Below, piece after piece: positions 38,524-52,233 of a stretch of 64,000 bases of DNA. Both the position numbers and the translations under genes were made by a program. This DNA is from Selaginella moellendorffii. Lineage: Eukaryota > Plantae > Lycopodiophyta. The notes under the pieces were generated by a model. It did no database searches and was not told where the DNA came from. It worked only from the letters and a program-made list of their open reading frames with translations. The DNA lies in NCBI RefSeq assembly GCF_000143415.4, contig NW_003314326.1, positions 1,061,616 through 1,125,615 of the forward strand. The letters are read 5' to 3'. Position 1 is the stretch's first letter, and every line of letters begins with the position of its first letter.

Positions 38524-40143
38524 ATTAGCTTCATTGCTAAAAAAATTTTGTGTAATGGTTCATTTTTGCTTTCTTTTAATTTTGTTCTAATATTGATGAT
38601 TTAGAAGTGATGCTTTAACATTAACATTATTGAAGTTTATATTAGAGTTAGATGAGTATTGTAGATATCAAAAGTTACCTATTGCAATAGAGTGGCTCTC
38701 CAAGGTTTTATTCTTCATCAAGATTGATTTATATAGTGCTTGCAACTTCATTTGCATTTAGAAAGGTGATGAGTGGAAAATGACATTTTGTACTTGTTAT
38801 AGTCATTTTTTGAGTACATAGTGATGCTTTTTGGTCTGATTAACACCCCTGATGTTTTCTAATATATGGTAAATAATGTATTTTATGATTTTCTTGATCT
38901 CTTTATGGTCATATATCTTGATGACATTATTATTTTTTCTGAGACTTAAGAAGAGCATGACCATTATATTCTTCAATACCTTTGACAACATAGGATTTTT
39001 GTAAAGCTAAAAATTACTATTTGATTAATATTCAATAGAGTTTTGAGGTATATTATTTCCTCATATAGCATCATTATGGATCCTACCAAGGTTTCCACCA
39101 ACACCCAATTTCTATTTATGATGTCCGATGCTTTGTTAGCTTTGCAAACTTTTGCTCTTTATTCAAGATTTATCCAAAATTGCTCTTCCTCTACCATACA
39201 GGATGTTTTTTCTTTTTTGTGATCCTCTACTACACATCCTCAATCGATGTCAAGCTCAATGGTTATAATCACTATCTCAGTTTTTATTTATGATTGTTTA
39301 TTGTTTAGGAAAGCTAATACTCTTATTCAATATAGTTATCCTGCACCCTTACTTAGAGATTTGATGTTTGACGTCTAACATCAAACTCTTGCTAAATTCT
39401 TTTTACTTCTAAATTAGCTCCCTTACACAATTCTATACTCATCTTGATTACTCCCTTAAATCACAAATTGAAATAGCTCAAGCCATCAATCTATTTGATT
39501 AAAAAGATCAATAATTAAAAAAAACTTATGTTTCTTAATTGATTATTGATTTCTTTAATTTTGGGAAAGTCTCCTTTATTAACATAATCAATTGTATGTA
39601 CTTGATGACAAGCATGTCGTTTAAGAGTGCTATGACACTCTAATAACATGGCACTTTGGTGTCTACAAAACATTTAAATTGGTCCAATGATATTTTTGGT
39701 GACCCCATATGCTTAAGTATGTTAAAAAATTTATCCATACATGCAATATATATCAGCCGGGGATGGTCTAAACTTGAGTTGAGCTCACGAGTTGAGCTCA
39801 ATTCAGCTTAAGTCAATGCTTGTCAACATAGTCAACCATAAGTCTTATAAGGAAAAGGTAAGTCAGAAAAATATTATTCTTTGAATTTAAGTATCAATGG
39901 TTTAGAGAAATTTCTATTTTTTGAATCTTTCTAATGCAATTTATACAATAAAATACTGTTTCTAGAATTAGAAGTTCGTCTGAACCTATAGAAATTTTTG
40001 GGCTTTATTGGTCTCAAATAAAACTGGGAATATTGAAGTTCGAATAAACCTGAAATTTTTATTGTACATTTCAATAATTGACCAGAAATATATAAATAAT
40101 TTGAAACACTAATTCACTCATTCATTCTTTAGAGTTTACAAAG

Positions 40144-40491
40144 ATGGGAAGCAAGGAAGACAAAAAATTTATAAGTAGTTCTAGCATACAAAAATTTAAG
40201 AATATTAATTTTGTTTCACTACCACAATCTCCATATTACATTCCTGATCCTTATTACCCATCTGGGAATGTGGAAGCCGCTGTCACTATTGATAAAAATG
40301 CTTTTGTTACTTTTGAAACAACAGTCCAGAGCAAGAAAAAAAAAAAATGGACAGCACAGTGGAAAGCACTAATAAATCCACTCTATAAACCTTTCAATAG
40401 CTTTTGTAATCCACTAAAATATTATAAGTTTTTGATATATATCTTATTCCTTTTGATATGTTTTGTCTTTGTAAAGAGTATAAGTATGTAG
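40144..40491 (+). CDS. Small unknown ORF-a (family E)
   Basis: MGSKEDKK...INFVSLPQSPYYIP...FETTVQSK. Confidence 0.4.
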   Translation: MGSKEDKKFISSSSIQKFKNINFVSLPQSPYYIPDPYYPSGNVEAAVTIDKNAFVTFETTVQSKKKKKWTAQWKALINPLYKPFNSFCNPLKYYKFLIYILFLLICFVFVKSISM

Positions 40492-40984
40492 TATATCCAG
40501 GCAGAAGGTGGCAGTGCATGTATTTACCACCACTTCACGTCACAACTTCTATCCCCCCTATCCTTGTAGAAGGGTAGCCTAGCGGCAGCAACAAGTGGTG
40601 CTTGAGGGACACTTGTTGAACTTGTCGCATTGCTGCTCGGGAGAATGATGTGGACAAATCAAAGAGTTAAATTTATATATGATTTTGAGATTGAAAAGTA
40701 ATCTTGCAAAAAGGCATACTCACATGCCTGTATGCTTTTGCCATTATTATATATGGCAAGTCAGCTATATAAAATAATGCTACATATTAATTATATGTTA
40801 GTTTTTAGCTTCTGGAACCCTATAGCCACTTGTCTCTCATAATAGGTCGTAATTATTGAGACTAAGAGTTATGATTTAATATATTGTCATGTCATAATAA
40901 AACATCATTCCCGAGATTGAGATATAGTATATTAATAAGAGAATTCTTATTGCTGGGAAGTTTAATTCTTCTTGTGTGTTGCAA

Positions 40985-41535
40985 TGGTTAGGAAGAAGTT
41001 TACTTTTGGTCTTGGAGGCCTCTCATATGAATCTCCACCTCCATCTCTAATCTCAATCAATAATCCACCTTCACCTCTATGCAACAATCTTCTTTTTTAT
41101 TTTGAAGGCTATTGTGAGGTTCTTTCATTTGTGACCTTGACTGCAACTAAACAAGAATTCCTTCCTTATGATGTTGTTAAAAGAGTTGGGTTGCCTCCAA
41201 TACTCTAAAAGTAATGTCAACATTTTCTTCAAGATTTTACTCCAGATATGGTAGGAGAGCTTAATATAGATACATATTATCTTCGATGTCCTATATGCAA
41301 CTTTTATTTAAACAAGATAGATAGTTGCATAAGTTTGGTAAATTTTATTGAGCATTGTCACAAATGCCCAAGAGTGGGTTTGGAAGGTGTGCACGTGTGG
41401 ATATATAAGAAAATCAAAAAAGAATTAAAAACACAGTTATTATGATTTCATAGTGGAGAACAATATTTCATTGGTGAACACTACATCAATAAATGCTGAA
41501 TATAGGATATTTAAGCCACCCTTTAATGTAATGTG
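40985..41535 (+). pseudogene. ORF-b homologue, disrupted
   Basis: MVRKKF...YESPPPS...; similar to 6298-6843 with stops. Confidence 0.5.
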
Positions 41536-41989
41536 AAAGTCATACATAATTTTTTCAAAAGTTGAATTCTTTATAAGTAAAGTGGAGAATCTTATATTTT
41601 CGAGAATAATAGTATTCTAGCATGTATAAAGATATTTTTATATATATAAGTGGTTCTGACACTATTATAATTCTGAAGTCCCATTTTTAAAACTGACAAT
41701 CTAAACTTTCAAGAACCCCTAGATCTTTTCTTAATATAAATACCGATAAGGGATGCTTTTAACATTAAAATTTTAGTTTGTTTAGAGTGTAGGAATGGCT
41801 AGGGAAAATGTTATTCACACTTGACCCCCATACATTTCATATGAATCTTCACCTCCATCTCCAACTTCTACCAACATTCCACCACACAACAATAGTTGTG
41901 AGGCTTTTCCTTTTGTAACCAAGATGCCACAACATACTCCATTTGGTCATTCCTCTTGCTCTAGAGCCTTAGAAATCTATCTCTATAGA

Positions 41990-42960
41990 GTTTTGACTAA
42001 TTTGCTATCATTTTGAGGATTTAACAACATGGTTGACCAATATTCCAAAATATTGTATTTCTTGTTATGTCACAAAATAATTGATGGAGAGTAGTTAGTT
42101 GAGCTTATTTATAAGGAGATTTTCTGCCTTCATGGATTGTTGGATGATATTATGAATGATTGAGGGTTTTAGTTTGTTTCTAACTTTTGGTGCCAATTTC
42201 TTTCATTCCTTTGCATCAAAAGAAACTATCCACTTCTCACTATCCTCAAACTAATAGTAATCAAAATGTACTATTTAAACTTTTGAGTGGTATTTTCAAT
42301 GCTTTATTTTCCATCCATATGATATTTGGTTTGATTTCCTTCTACTAAGTTTACTAATAATATTCTCAACACTCTTCAATACATCACTCTCCATTCTTTG
42401 TTAACTATGCTTTTGATCCTTATTGGTCAAATTCATTTCTTACAAAACTTAGTTTTATAAATGATTCTGTTGTTACTCATGCTACTACCTTGGGTTTTCT
42501 TTATGAAGAAGTTTACTATCACCTTTCTCATGCTTAAGCTATTCATCATTATGTTACAAATTTTTATTATTAACCTAGTCCTTCTTTTTCTTTTGGATCA
42601 AAGGTTTAGCTTTGTCGTCATTATTGGAAAACCATACATCCTTACAATAAGCTTGATTATCAATTTTGTACCTCTAAGATCACTTATTGGGTCAATCTCC
42701 ACCATTAATAAGCTTGCATCTTATGTTCCATATTTCTTTATTAAAACCTTATCATACCCATTTATATTCCATCATTAGAGGTTATTGTTGGTATGTAGGA
42801 GTTTAAGGTTGTTGCTATTCTTGATTCAAAGTACCAGTATAACAAATTTTATTATTTAATGGACTAGCATGGGTATTCTTTTAGTGATCATACTTGGGAG
42901 CCTACTCATCTTACTCATGCTTCTAAGTTAGTTAAGAATTTCAATAGCTTTAAGTTTAGT
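41990..42960 (+). pseudogene. Highly decayed Gypsy integrase-chromodomain fragment
   Basis: Residual HGLLDDI, HYPQT and chromodomain-like (ILDSK...YYL...TWEP) motifs. Confidence 0.55.
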
Positions 42961-43608
42961 CCTATACAACTTCAATTGCTACTTGATGATTAGTATCAAG
43001 ATGGATGATATCATGTATTCAACATCTCTCTGTATTTACTGAGAAGTATATTTATCACTATTGTCCATGGTAGAAATCAAAACCTAAATCTTTGCTCACA
43101 TAATTTAAACTCCAAGACATGTGCAGGACTATCATAGACCCATACCAGATTAAACTAGGGTTTTTGAGGATTTTATACTTAAAGTGTTCATTATAAATTC
43201 ATCTATTTTCTTTATTATTTACTTCAGTAATATCAATGGTCTCCCCTTCTATTGATAATAAGCTCTAGTACTATTAAAATTAATATACTTTGCTAAGATA
43301 TATATAAATATATATATATGAAGGTGAAGATTTATACCTTCATAAATAGGTATTATTATTTATTTATTTCTCTATAATATGTAGATATAGAAAATATCTA
43401 TATTTTAAATTTTACTATATAATATATTTAAAGTATAAGATATTTTACAAACATAGTTAAACAAGTTTAAACACTTCTTATCTATATATTTTTAATATAA
43501 AATCTTGTGTTTTATAAGAAATTAAATATAAATTATAGTTTTAACTATTAATTAAACATATTTTGTATCTCATTAATTATAGAGTAGTGCAAGAAATTAT
43601 TGATTATT

Positions 43609-44013
43609 TTATATATTATTATATCTTCGGATTGGCACTGACCATTCGTTTTTAGAATAAGGCTTATGAGTTTCAAAAATTGCATATCCAAATATATACC
43701 ATTCTATTTTTTCTTTCTCTTCATAATCTTCATGTGAACCTTGCTGATAAGCAGTGAAAACTCCAGGTAATCCTCCTGTAAACTTAAAATTACACCAAAA
43801 TAAAGTATGTCCAATCCATCTAGTCTTAAAATCAAACATAAAATTTAATCTATCTTTAAGAACTTGTATTCCTAAATCATCATCTTTTGATTGACAATGA
43901 ATTTCAAGTTCATTACCAACCCTATTGTAGATATATACTTGTATATATGCACTAAAACATGAATAAAAACTTAAAATTATAAATATTAAAAATAAATAAT
44001 ATCTCAACACCCC
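43609..44013 (-). CDS. S-protein homologue (plant self-incompatibility S1 family), secreted
   Basis: Intronless; hydrophobic signal peptide; V.I.N...L.IHCQSKDDDLG...F.F......TLFWCNF family signature. Confidence 0.88.
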   Translation of the reverse strand, partial: GVLRYYLFLIFIILSFYSCFSAYIQVYIYNRVGNELEIHCQSKDDDLGIQVLKDRLNFMFDFKTRWIGHTLFWCNFKFTGGLPGVFTAYQQGSHEDYEEKEKIEWYIFGYAIFETHKPYSKNEWSVPIRRYNNI

Positions 44014-44441
44014 CATATCTTTTGATAAGAAGAAAAAAATATAATTACTTAATTAAATTCTAGCTCATATATATAGGATGCTATATATAAAAATATAAAA
44101 TAATACTCTACTCTTTAATATACTCCACTTGTAGTTATTTTATAATTTAGATTTATATTATTATACTTTTAATTTATTATGAATAGTAAAAGAAATTAGT
44201 TTATAATAAAATAATATTTGAGTGTTGGGCAGCCAAGGTCAGACCTCGGGTGCCTAGCTCCACACCCCCAGCTGGAGTTCCAGTGCATGTGCGGGCTGCC
44301 GGGCTCCTCCCCGCGTGCACCATGTCGGAGTCAGACTCGGGCTCCATCTCAGACTCGGGTTCTGGCTTGGACATGGACATGTGGGGGTGAGATCCAAGAT
44401 CAAATTTGAGACCAAATCTAAATACTAATATAGATCGCGAG

Positions 44442-46417
44442 TGTAAGCTCCGGAATTTGGACTTCCCGGAAGGTCACCCAACCCAGTACTATTCAAACCC
44501 AAAGATGCTTAACCCCAAATATTCTAAGACCTTTAACCGATTGAAAAAAAGGTGCACTCTTGTTCATGGGCCCTTTCCCTTTGTATTTGAACTTTTATAG
44601 ATCATTTCTTGAGTCGTTCCCTTTAGTTACTTACAATCCATCATGCTTTGCTGCAAGTTCACGCCCTCGTGAATGGAAGTTGAGAGTCGTAGCTCTCTTG
44701 AAAGCCCCACTCTCTTGACACCCTACCCCTCAGATCAAGCCCAGCTAGAGCAAATTGGACCAACTAAATGTTAATCACAATGTGTGTGATTCCCCTAGCC
44801 AACCAATAAAGTCAAACCCGAGACCCCTCTAATACCAAATGTAAACTCCTAAATTTGGACTTTCTGGGAGGTTATCCAGCCCAATATTATTCAAACCCAA
44901 GGACACTTAACCCCAAATATCCCAAAACCTTTAACGGATTGGAAAAAGTGGTGCACTCTTGTTCATGGGCCCTTTCCCCCCTCATGAATGGAAGTTGAGA
45001 GCCACAGCTTTCTTAAGAGCCCTACTCTTTTGACACTTTACCCCTTAGGTTGAGCCCAGCCAGAGCAAACTGGACTAACCAAATGTTAATCAATATATGG
45101 TGTGATTCCCTTAACCAACCAACAAAGTCAAACCTGAGACCCCTCTGATACCAAATGTAAGTTTTTGAATTTGGACTTCCCGAGAGGTCACCCAACCTAG
45201 TACTATTCAAACCCAAGGATGCTTAACCCTAAATATCCCAAAACCCTTAATCGATTGGAAAAGTGGTGCACTTTTGTTCATGGGCCCTTTCCCCCTCGTG
45301 AACGGAAGCTGAGAGTTGCAACTCTCCCGAGAGCCTTACTCTCTTGACACTCTACCCCTTGGTTTGAGCCCAGCTGGAGCAAACTAAACCAACCAGATGT
45401 CAATCAACATGTGGTGTGATTTCCTTAACAACCAACAAAGTCAAACCTGAGACCTCTCTGATACCAAATGTAAGCTCTTCAATTTGGACTTTCCGAGAGG
45501 TCACCCAGCCTAGTACTATTCAAACCCAAGAACACTTAACCCCAAATATTCTAAGACCCTTAACCAATTGGAAAAGGGGTGCATTTTTATTCATAGGCCC
45601 TTTCCTTTTATATTTGAACCTTTATAAATAGTCTTTCGAGTTGTTCCCTTTGATTGCTTACAATTCACCACACTTCGCTACAAATTCATGACCTTATGAA
45701 CAGAAACTGAAAGCCACAACTCTCCCAAGAGCCCCGCTCTCTTAACACTCTCCCCTTCAGGTTGAGCCCAGCTAGAGCAAACTGGACCAACCAAATGTCA
45801 ATCAACATGTAGTGTGATTCCCTTAGCCAACCAACAAAGTTAGACCCGAGACCCTCTGATACCAAATATAAGCTCCTGAATTTGGAATTCTCAAAAGGTC
45901 ATCCAATTAGTACTATTTAAACCCAAGGACATTTAACCCTAAATATCCCAAGACCCTTAACTGATTAAAAAAAGGGGTGCACTTTTGTTCATAGGCCATT
46001 TCCCCCCTTGTGAACGGAAGTTGAGAGCCGCAGCTCTTCTGAGAGCCTCGCTCTCTTATACCCCTGGAGTCGAGTCCAGCCAGAGCAAATTGGACTAGCC
46101 AAATGTTCTCTTTAAAACCCTGCTCTCTTGACACCCTACCCCTCGAGTCGAGCCCAGCCAAATGTTAATTAACATATGGTGTGATTCCCCTAGCCAACCA
46201 ACAAAGTCAGACTTGATACTAAATGTAAACTTCTGAATTTGGCCTTCCCAAGAGGTCACCCAACCTAATACAATTTAAACCCAAGGACGCTTAACCTCAA
46301 ATATCCTAAGACTCTTAACCAATTGAAAAAAGAGCTGCATTCTTGTTCATGGGCCTTTTCCCTTTATATTTAAACATTTATGGATCGTGTTTCAAGTTAT
46401 TCCCTTTAATTGCTTAT
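44442..46417 (-). mobile_element. Cassandra TRIM tandem array, six LTR units
   Basis: Units start at 44442, 44840, 45156, 45469, 45867, 46224; each has the rc of a 5S rRNA A/IE/C-box segment (GGTTAAGCGTCCTTGGG...AGTACTAGGTTGGGTGACCTC..GGAAGTCC); CTCTGATACCA-type PBS between units. Confidence 0.85.
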
Positions 46418-46499
46418 ATCAAGATGAAAGCCTAAAGTGATTGTCTCCTTGGGGGAGGGGGGGTTTGGTTTTATAAATATAGTAGGGAAAATGTGGCTA

Positions 46500-47152
46500 A
46501 AGACTTAATCTTGAAAGAACTTTCCCAAACCAAATTAGGGGTCTGTAGCCTTGGGTGGGAGTGAGTATAGGCTTAAAAAGTGCCAAAGAAGCTCCTTAAG
46601 GAAGTGCTCAAGAGTAGTTTCCGCTCTCAAAAAAGAGCTTATTTACAATACTTCCAGCTCAAATGGAGTGGTGCCCTACTTGAGGCTCATTAGTCCTCAC
46701 CCCTTCTTAGGGACTTAAGCCTTCCCTTCGAGATGGAGGTGGGGAGTTGAGGTACTTATATCGGGCCGTTAAGTTATGGTGTTTCCCCCCTAGACTAAGA
46801 GATGTACCTAAGCCTTGGGATTTAAAGAGTTATATAATCAAGCTTTGCATACCATAGGATGTTAGGAATATGGAGGTTTGGTGTACTTGGCTACTTGTGC
46901 TTGTGGGGAGTGTAGCCAAACTTTAAGTTCAATCTAACCTAGTGAGGGGGATTATAAGAGAATTTGGGAACCTATGAAAAGTTAGTTGATACTCTATTGC
47001 TTATATAATAAGTAGTAGAACCTAAGTAGAACCAAGTTGGAGTTGGTACGATAGGTGAGCATCTTGGCAAGAGGATTTAGCAAAAGCCAAGGCAAAGGTG
47101 GTCAAATAAATGAGGTAAGCTAGCAAATTAGCAAAGGAAATATGTGGTTTAC
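46500..47152 (+). repeat. Partial LTR related to element A LTR
   Basis: Similar to 37170-37709, ends GTGGTTTACA. Confidence 0.65.
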
Positions 47153-48589
47153 ACATAAATAGTGGCAACTACAATTGAAAAAATGGTCTATGACACATCT
47201 ATGGAGTACACTCCCTGGTTTTTTATTGGTGACATGAAGACTACCTACTCAAAGAGTTACTTTTCCTTTGCTGTGAAGATGTTAGCATAACACTTTGAGC
47301 AAAAAGCCCTCATAGGACTAATATTGAGTACCATTTTGCTTCAAGACACCACCTTGGACTAAACCACCTCAAGTAATTGATGAAAAGAGTATATCATAAC
47401 AATTTGAAATCACTTATCGTAGTGTGGAGCAGAGGCAATATGCAATCTACTAAAGGCTAACAAAATCCAATGTAAAATGTGTATAGATATTTCCAAGGGG
47501 TAAGTGTTGAGCTTGGATCCATGGTGACAAGTCTACTTCTATTGTAACCCCATATTTCTATAGGGAATGAAAGCAAGTAAAATTTTTGAGATGGTGTTAA
47601 TTGTATTATTACAACACTGATGCCAACCATACAAAATGGTTTGAAAACACTATAGTGACTAAATTTAATGCATTACCTAAAGAATGGTCGGTTGCTAATG
47701 GGGTTATGCCCACCTCATATGAAATTGAAAATCTTGAGAAATCTAGTTTCAATCTTAAGAGGAAGAGAGTTGGAGATATAAGTGACAGAATTAGCACTAT
47801 TCCCACAAAAATGCACAAGAGATTAATAAGAAAAAGTAAGGTAGTTAAATTTATTAGTACCATCTTTAAGCAGAAGTAAGGTAAAATAAGCTTAACTCAA
47901 ACACTTAAGTGTGAGATTCTTTTTATAAAGTACATCACTACATTGGTGAAGGAGTATATTGTGAAAACAGGAGGTGGAGAGTACATAATTGCCATTCAAG
48001 ACCTTCTTTTTTACACATATCCAAACTTTATAAAGTGCAAGGAATATAAGAAGGCATAGGCTCCATGCAAGTATATGTATTACATCTTCATCAATATCTT
48101 GCACCAAAATCCTAATATGGACTAAACAAGCATTACTATTATTGAGTTGTAAAAGACTTTTAGAGGTAGTTAGATTATATTTATTCTCTATCAATAATAT
48201 AAATTTTATATTTTATATAATTACTAAAAATACATATTTTTTATTTCATATACTTGCAGGTGTTCTCTTCACAATAATTTCAATAATATTGTGTATCATA
48301 GATACATGGCCTTATAAAAGAATCTTAATTCAAATTTAATATTTTTTAAATTTTGATATGTGAGTGCTTGGAATATGGAAAGGGAAAACAGAAAATGTGC
48401 ATATAAATTAGCCTAAAAACCCTAGCTTATATACAAGAGTGAGTGGTCCAGATTGAAACCAATCTGACAGCTACCAAAAATCCCACTACGCTAATATTAA
48501 TATACGGCATCGTAGCTATACACTTGGCCCTCATATCATCCCTTCCTCTAGGAATAATGGAAGACCATCAGGGTTCTCTTATAGAAGGG

Positions 48590-50448
48590 CCGGGATCTGG
48601 AGGAACGTCAGGAGGAGGCATCGGCAAATCTGTAGGTGGTATTAATTGCTCATGATCCCTTTGTATGAAGCATTTCAATTGCTACATATGCACAATCTCT
48701 AGAGGATTGGTCTGTTGGACGTCATGCCAAACCTCATAAACTTGTGGTCCAACTTGCCGCAACACTCAATATAGTCCTTTCCACTGTGCAAAACACAAAT
48801 AAACCACGTACCATAAGATAGGGAAAACGGACTAACACTAAATCATCCACTTTGTACTCTATAGGTGGACCATGATGGGAGTTGTAGTGTCATTGTTGTC
48901 CCACTTGTACGTGGCCTAAGTGTTCGGTAAGCTCTACTTGGACAAATGAAAAAATGCTCTTCAAATATTGATCCCACAACCTAGCATTGGCAGTTCGTGG
49001 CAATCACGAAGGTAAACCCAACTCCATTGGTAATATTGGATCATGACTATATAGGAGTTTATATGATGAAGCATCAACAGAACTCTGCACACCTGTGACA
49101 TATGCATACTAAAGAGACGGCAAATAACCATCCTAATCCGAATGCTGAAAGTTCATATATTTCGCAATCATCCCTTTGAATGTCCGAACAAGCCGTTCCA
49201 CCAGACCGTCTGATTGTGGATGATAAGCACTCGTGAAAGTGTGGTGTATTCCCAACCGAGACGTTAAAACATGAAATGCCTCAGCCATAAATGCGGGACC
49301 ATTATTTGAAAGAATCTGCTCTAGACAAGAATGTTGGAACACCACTCGATTGACGAGGAAGTATCCAACAGCAATTGCAGAGGCACTAGCAAGAGCACCA
49401 ACTTCTATCAAATGAATCAAGTAGTTAGAAGCAATAATAATATATTCATTGCCAGCATTTGATCGTGGAAAAGGTCCCATAAGATCAAATGCCACCAACT
49501 TAAATAGACGAGAAACTGCAATTGACTCTAACCATCCTTTTGCAACACGAGGGGGAGTATTACGAGCTTAGCACTAAACACAGCTACGCACATACTAAAT
49601 AATATCATGTCACATCTCCGACCAATAAAGGAAAGACCTTCGTAGTTTCTTGGTTATACGACGATGTCCTATATACCACCTAGAACAGGAGAATTATGGT
49701 AGGCATGGAGAAACCACGGAATAAAGACAGAGCACTATTAGCTATAAATGATCATTAGGATCCGTCCCCACAAAATAAAGAAGGCTATTTTCAAAATAAT
49801 GTTGAGAATGTAAATGCCGGAAAGGCAAATCATCAACAAGTGATGCAAGATTTTCAAACCCATCTCGAAGCTTTCGAATCAATGGCTCAATCTTTTAAGC
49901 CTTGCGAACCTCATCAAGAGAAGGTAGATCTTGCTCTGCACCTTATGGACACTAAACGTCAAGTACAACAACCACCAATGGCACATAATCCTCGTTTAGA
50001 AAATCCACAGATGCCGGAACAATAGGCTCGTTAAAAATATGAGAAAAGAGTGGAGAAGGAAGAGGAGCTTGAGAAAGGGCATCAGCATCAGCCATAGAAC
50101 TCCCTGGGCAATGAACAACATCAAAACATATATCTGAAGCTTCAAAGCTCATTGAGCAGTACGACCAACCAAGTTTTTCCGCTTCAATAATGAAGTAACA
50201 ATAGCATGGTCACCTTCAAGTAACGTCCAAGAACCATGTAGATATGGATGAAGTTTCTCAAAACCCCAGACTACTGCAAAACACTCCTTCTTTGTCGTGG
50301 AGTAATTCACCTCCGCTAGTTGTAATGTATGGCTTATATATGCAATGGGATGGTGCTGACCAAGCACACTCAAGCTCTCTTGCATCAACACACCTCCAAG
50401 ACCAATGTCAGAAGCATCCACGCGCAAAATTAAAGGTCGAGTGTAAGC
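48590..50448 (-). pseudogene. Element D RNase H-integrase
   Basis: VDASDIGLGGVL, FDLMGPFP, SNNGPAF, SAYHPQSDGLVER. Confidence 0.88.
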
Positions 50449-52233
50449 CAAGGACAAGCGCGAGGACGTGGTCATAACTGTGATGTTCGCTGTTAACCGT
50501 GTGATGAAATTGGTCATACTTATCGGTGTTGTTGGCATTTTCCAGATTAGTGACCTCCATTTCCTAGGTGGAGACTTTGGCGTTAGCAACGCCCCGTTGG
50601 TGCTACTACAGTGGAAGATTTAGACATTGAAATGCATCTGAGAAACAAGGAGTCATGTGAGTAATGGAGGGATCTTGCGTGAATAAGTTAGTGACCCCTC
50701 CATCTTTCTTTTGAGAGTATCATTAAGGGGTTCACTCGGCACCGGTTCATTCAGTATTTACTTTCCAAGCTCGTTTTTATAACAAGAGGTCTCCTATTAT
50801 TCTCTTTGTGTTGGTTGATACAGGTTCAAGTTTATCTCTATTGCTCGACTTGTTGCCACACGTTGCCGTCTACACTTTGCACCGTGCAGTGGAACCAGTT
50901 TTTATTCTTTATGGAAACGGCCGTACACATGCATGTGCACGGGATGAGGCGGATCTAGTTGTGCGTATCTGCGATCTTGAGCTTGAGTTGCAGTCATTGT
51001 GGGTTGTGAATCAAGCTTTTGACTTCATCCTTGGTATGGATTGGTTGCAACGCAATCATGCCAAATGTGATTTTGAGGCTTCCCCCCCTTGTCTCATACT
51101 TCCTTATGTTTCATCCATTCCTCTCACTTCCGTACCTTTTCGTCCCTTTACTTCTACTTTTGCTTCCATTACTTTTGTTCCCCCACAATTTCCTCCTATA
51201 TTTCCGTCTTATTCTACTTTTCCCTTTTCTGATCCCTCCAATAATCTTTGTGTTGCAGCAGTTGACTGGCTCATGAAGAAGTATTTTGATTTCTTTGAAT
51301 TTGATCTATCATCTGGGGCCAAGATTGCCACACGTCATCTGATTCCAACTGGGGATGCTCGTCCAATCAAGGTTTCTATTCATCATTAGTCACTCAAGGA
51401 GATCAAGATTTTACATGCAAATGTTAAAAAGATGTTGGAGAAGGGTGTTATTCGGAAGTCGTGGAATCCTTGGGCATGTGAACTTCATCTTGTAACGAAG
51501 CCTGATGGAAGTATTCGTTTCTACATCGACTATCGTTCGTTAAATGAAGTGATGATCCCAGATGTGTACCCTTTTCCTCACACTACTGATCTCTTGGATC
51601 GTTTGGGGCGAAGTCGGTTCACCAAGCTAGATCTTGCTTCTGGGTACTAACAAGTACTAATGGCCGAAGAAGATATTCCTAAGACTGTTTTTCGTACACC
51701 ATTTGGTTTGTACAAGTTCTTGGTGATGCCGTTTGGTTTGAACAATGCTCCCACAACTTTCCAGCAAATGATGGACGAAGTTCTTTACGATATGCCAGAG
51801 GTGATTGCTGACTTCATTGATGTCTTGATCCACTCGGAGGGGACGTGGGAGAAGCACGTTCGTGATGTTTGTAAAGTGTTGGATCGGCTATGCAACGTTG
51901 GTTTAAAGCTGAAGCGGTCGAAGTGCATGTTTGAGTCTAAGGACACGACTTATCTTGGGTATTGTATTTCTCGTGAGGGTTTGCAAGTTGATCCTAACAA
52001 ACTTTTGGTTGTTCTAAACTTCCTTACTCCGAAGTGTGTAAATGATGTGCAACACTTTCTGGGCAAGATGCAGTATCTTAGTTGTTTTGTGGATCATCTT
52101 TTTTATCGCACTACACCATTGCAAGTGTTGTTGAAGTCATCAACGTCATTTTTCATCTGGTTTTCGGATTGTGAGCGGGCGTTCATGGATCTCAAAGAGA
52201 TATTGACGACTCCTCCAGTTTTGGCATATCTTG
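50449..52233 (+). pseudogene. Element D zinc knuckle-protease-RT (inverted segment)
   Basis: C.PC...GH....C, LVDTGSS, KLDLASGY, VMPFGLNNAP, ILTTPPVLAY. Confidence 0.88.

Noticed and set aside
44442-46417. 5S rRNA gene array
   Set aside because: Only the internal promoter segment is 5S-like, and units carry a PBS and LTR ends
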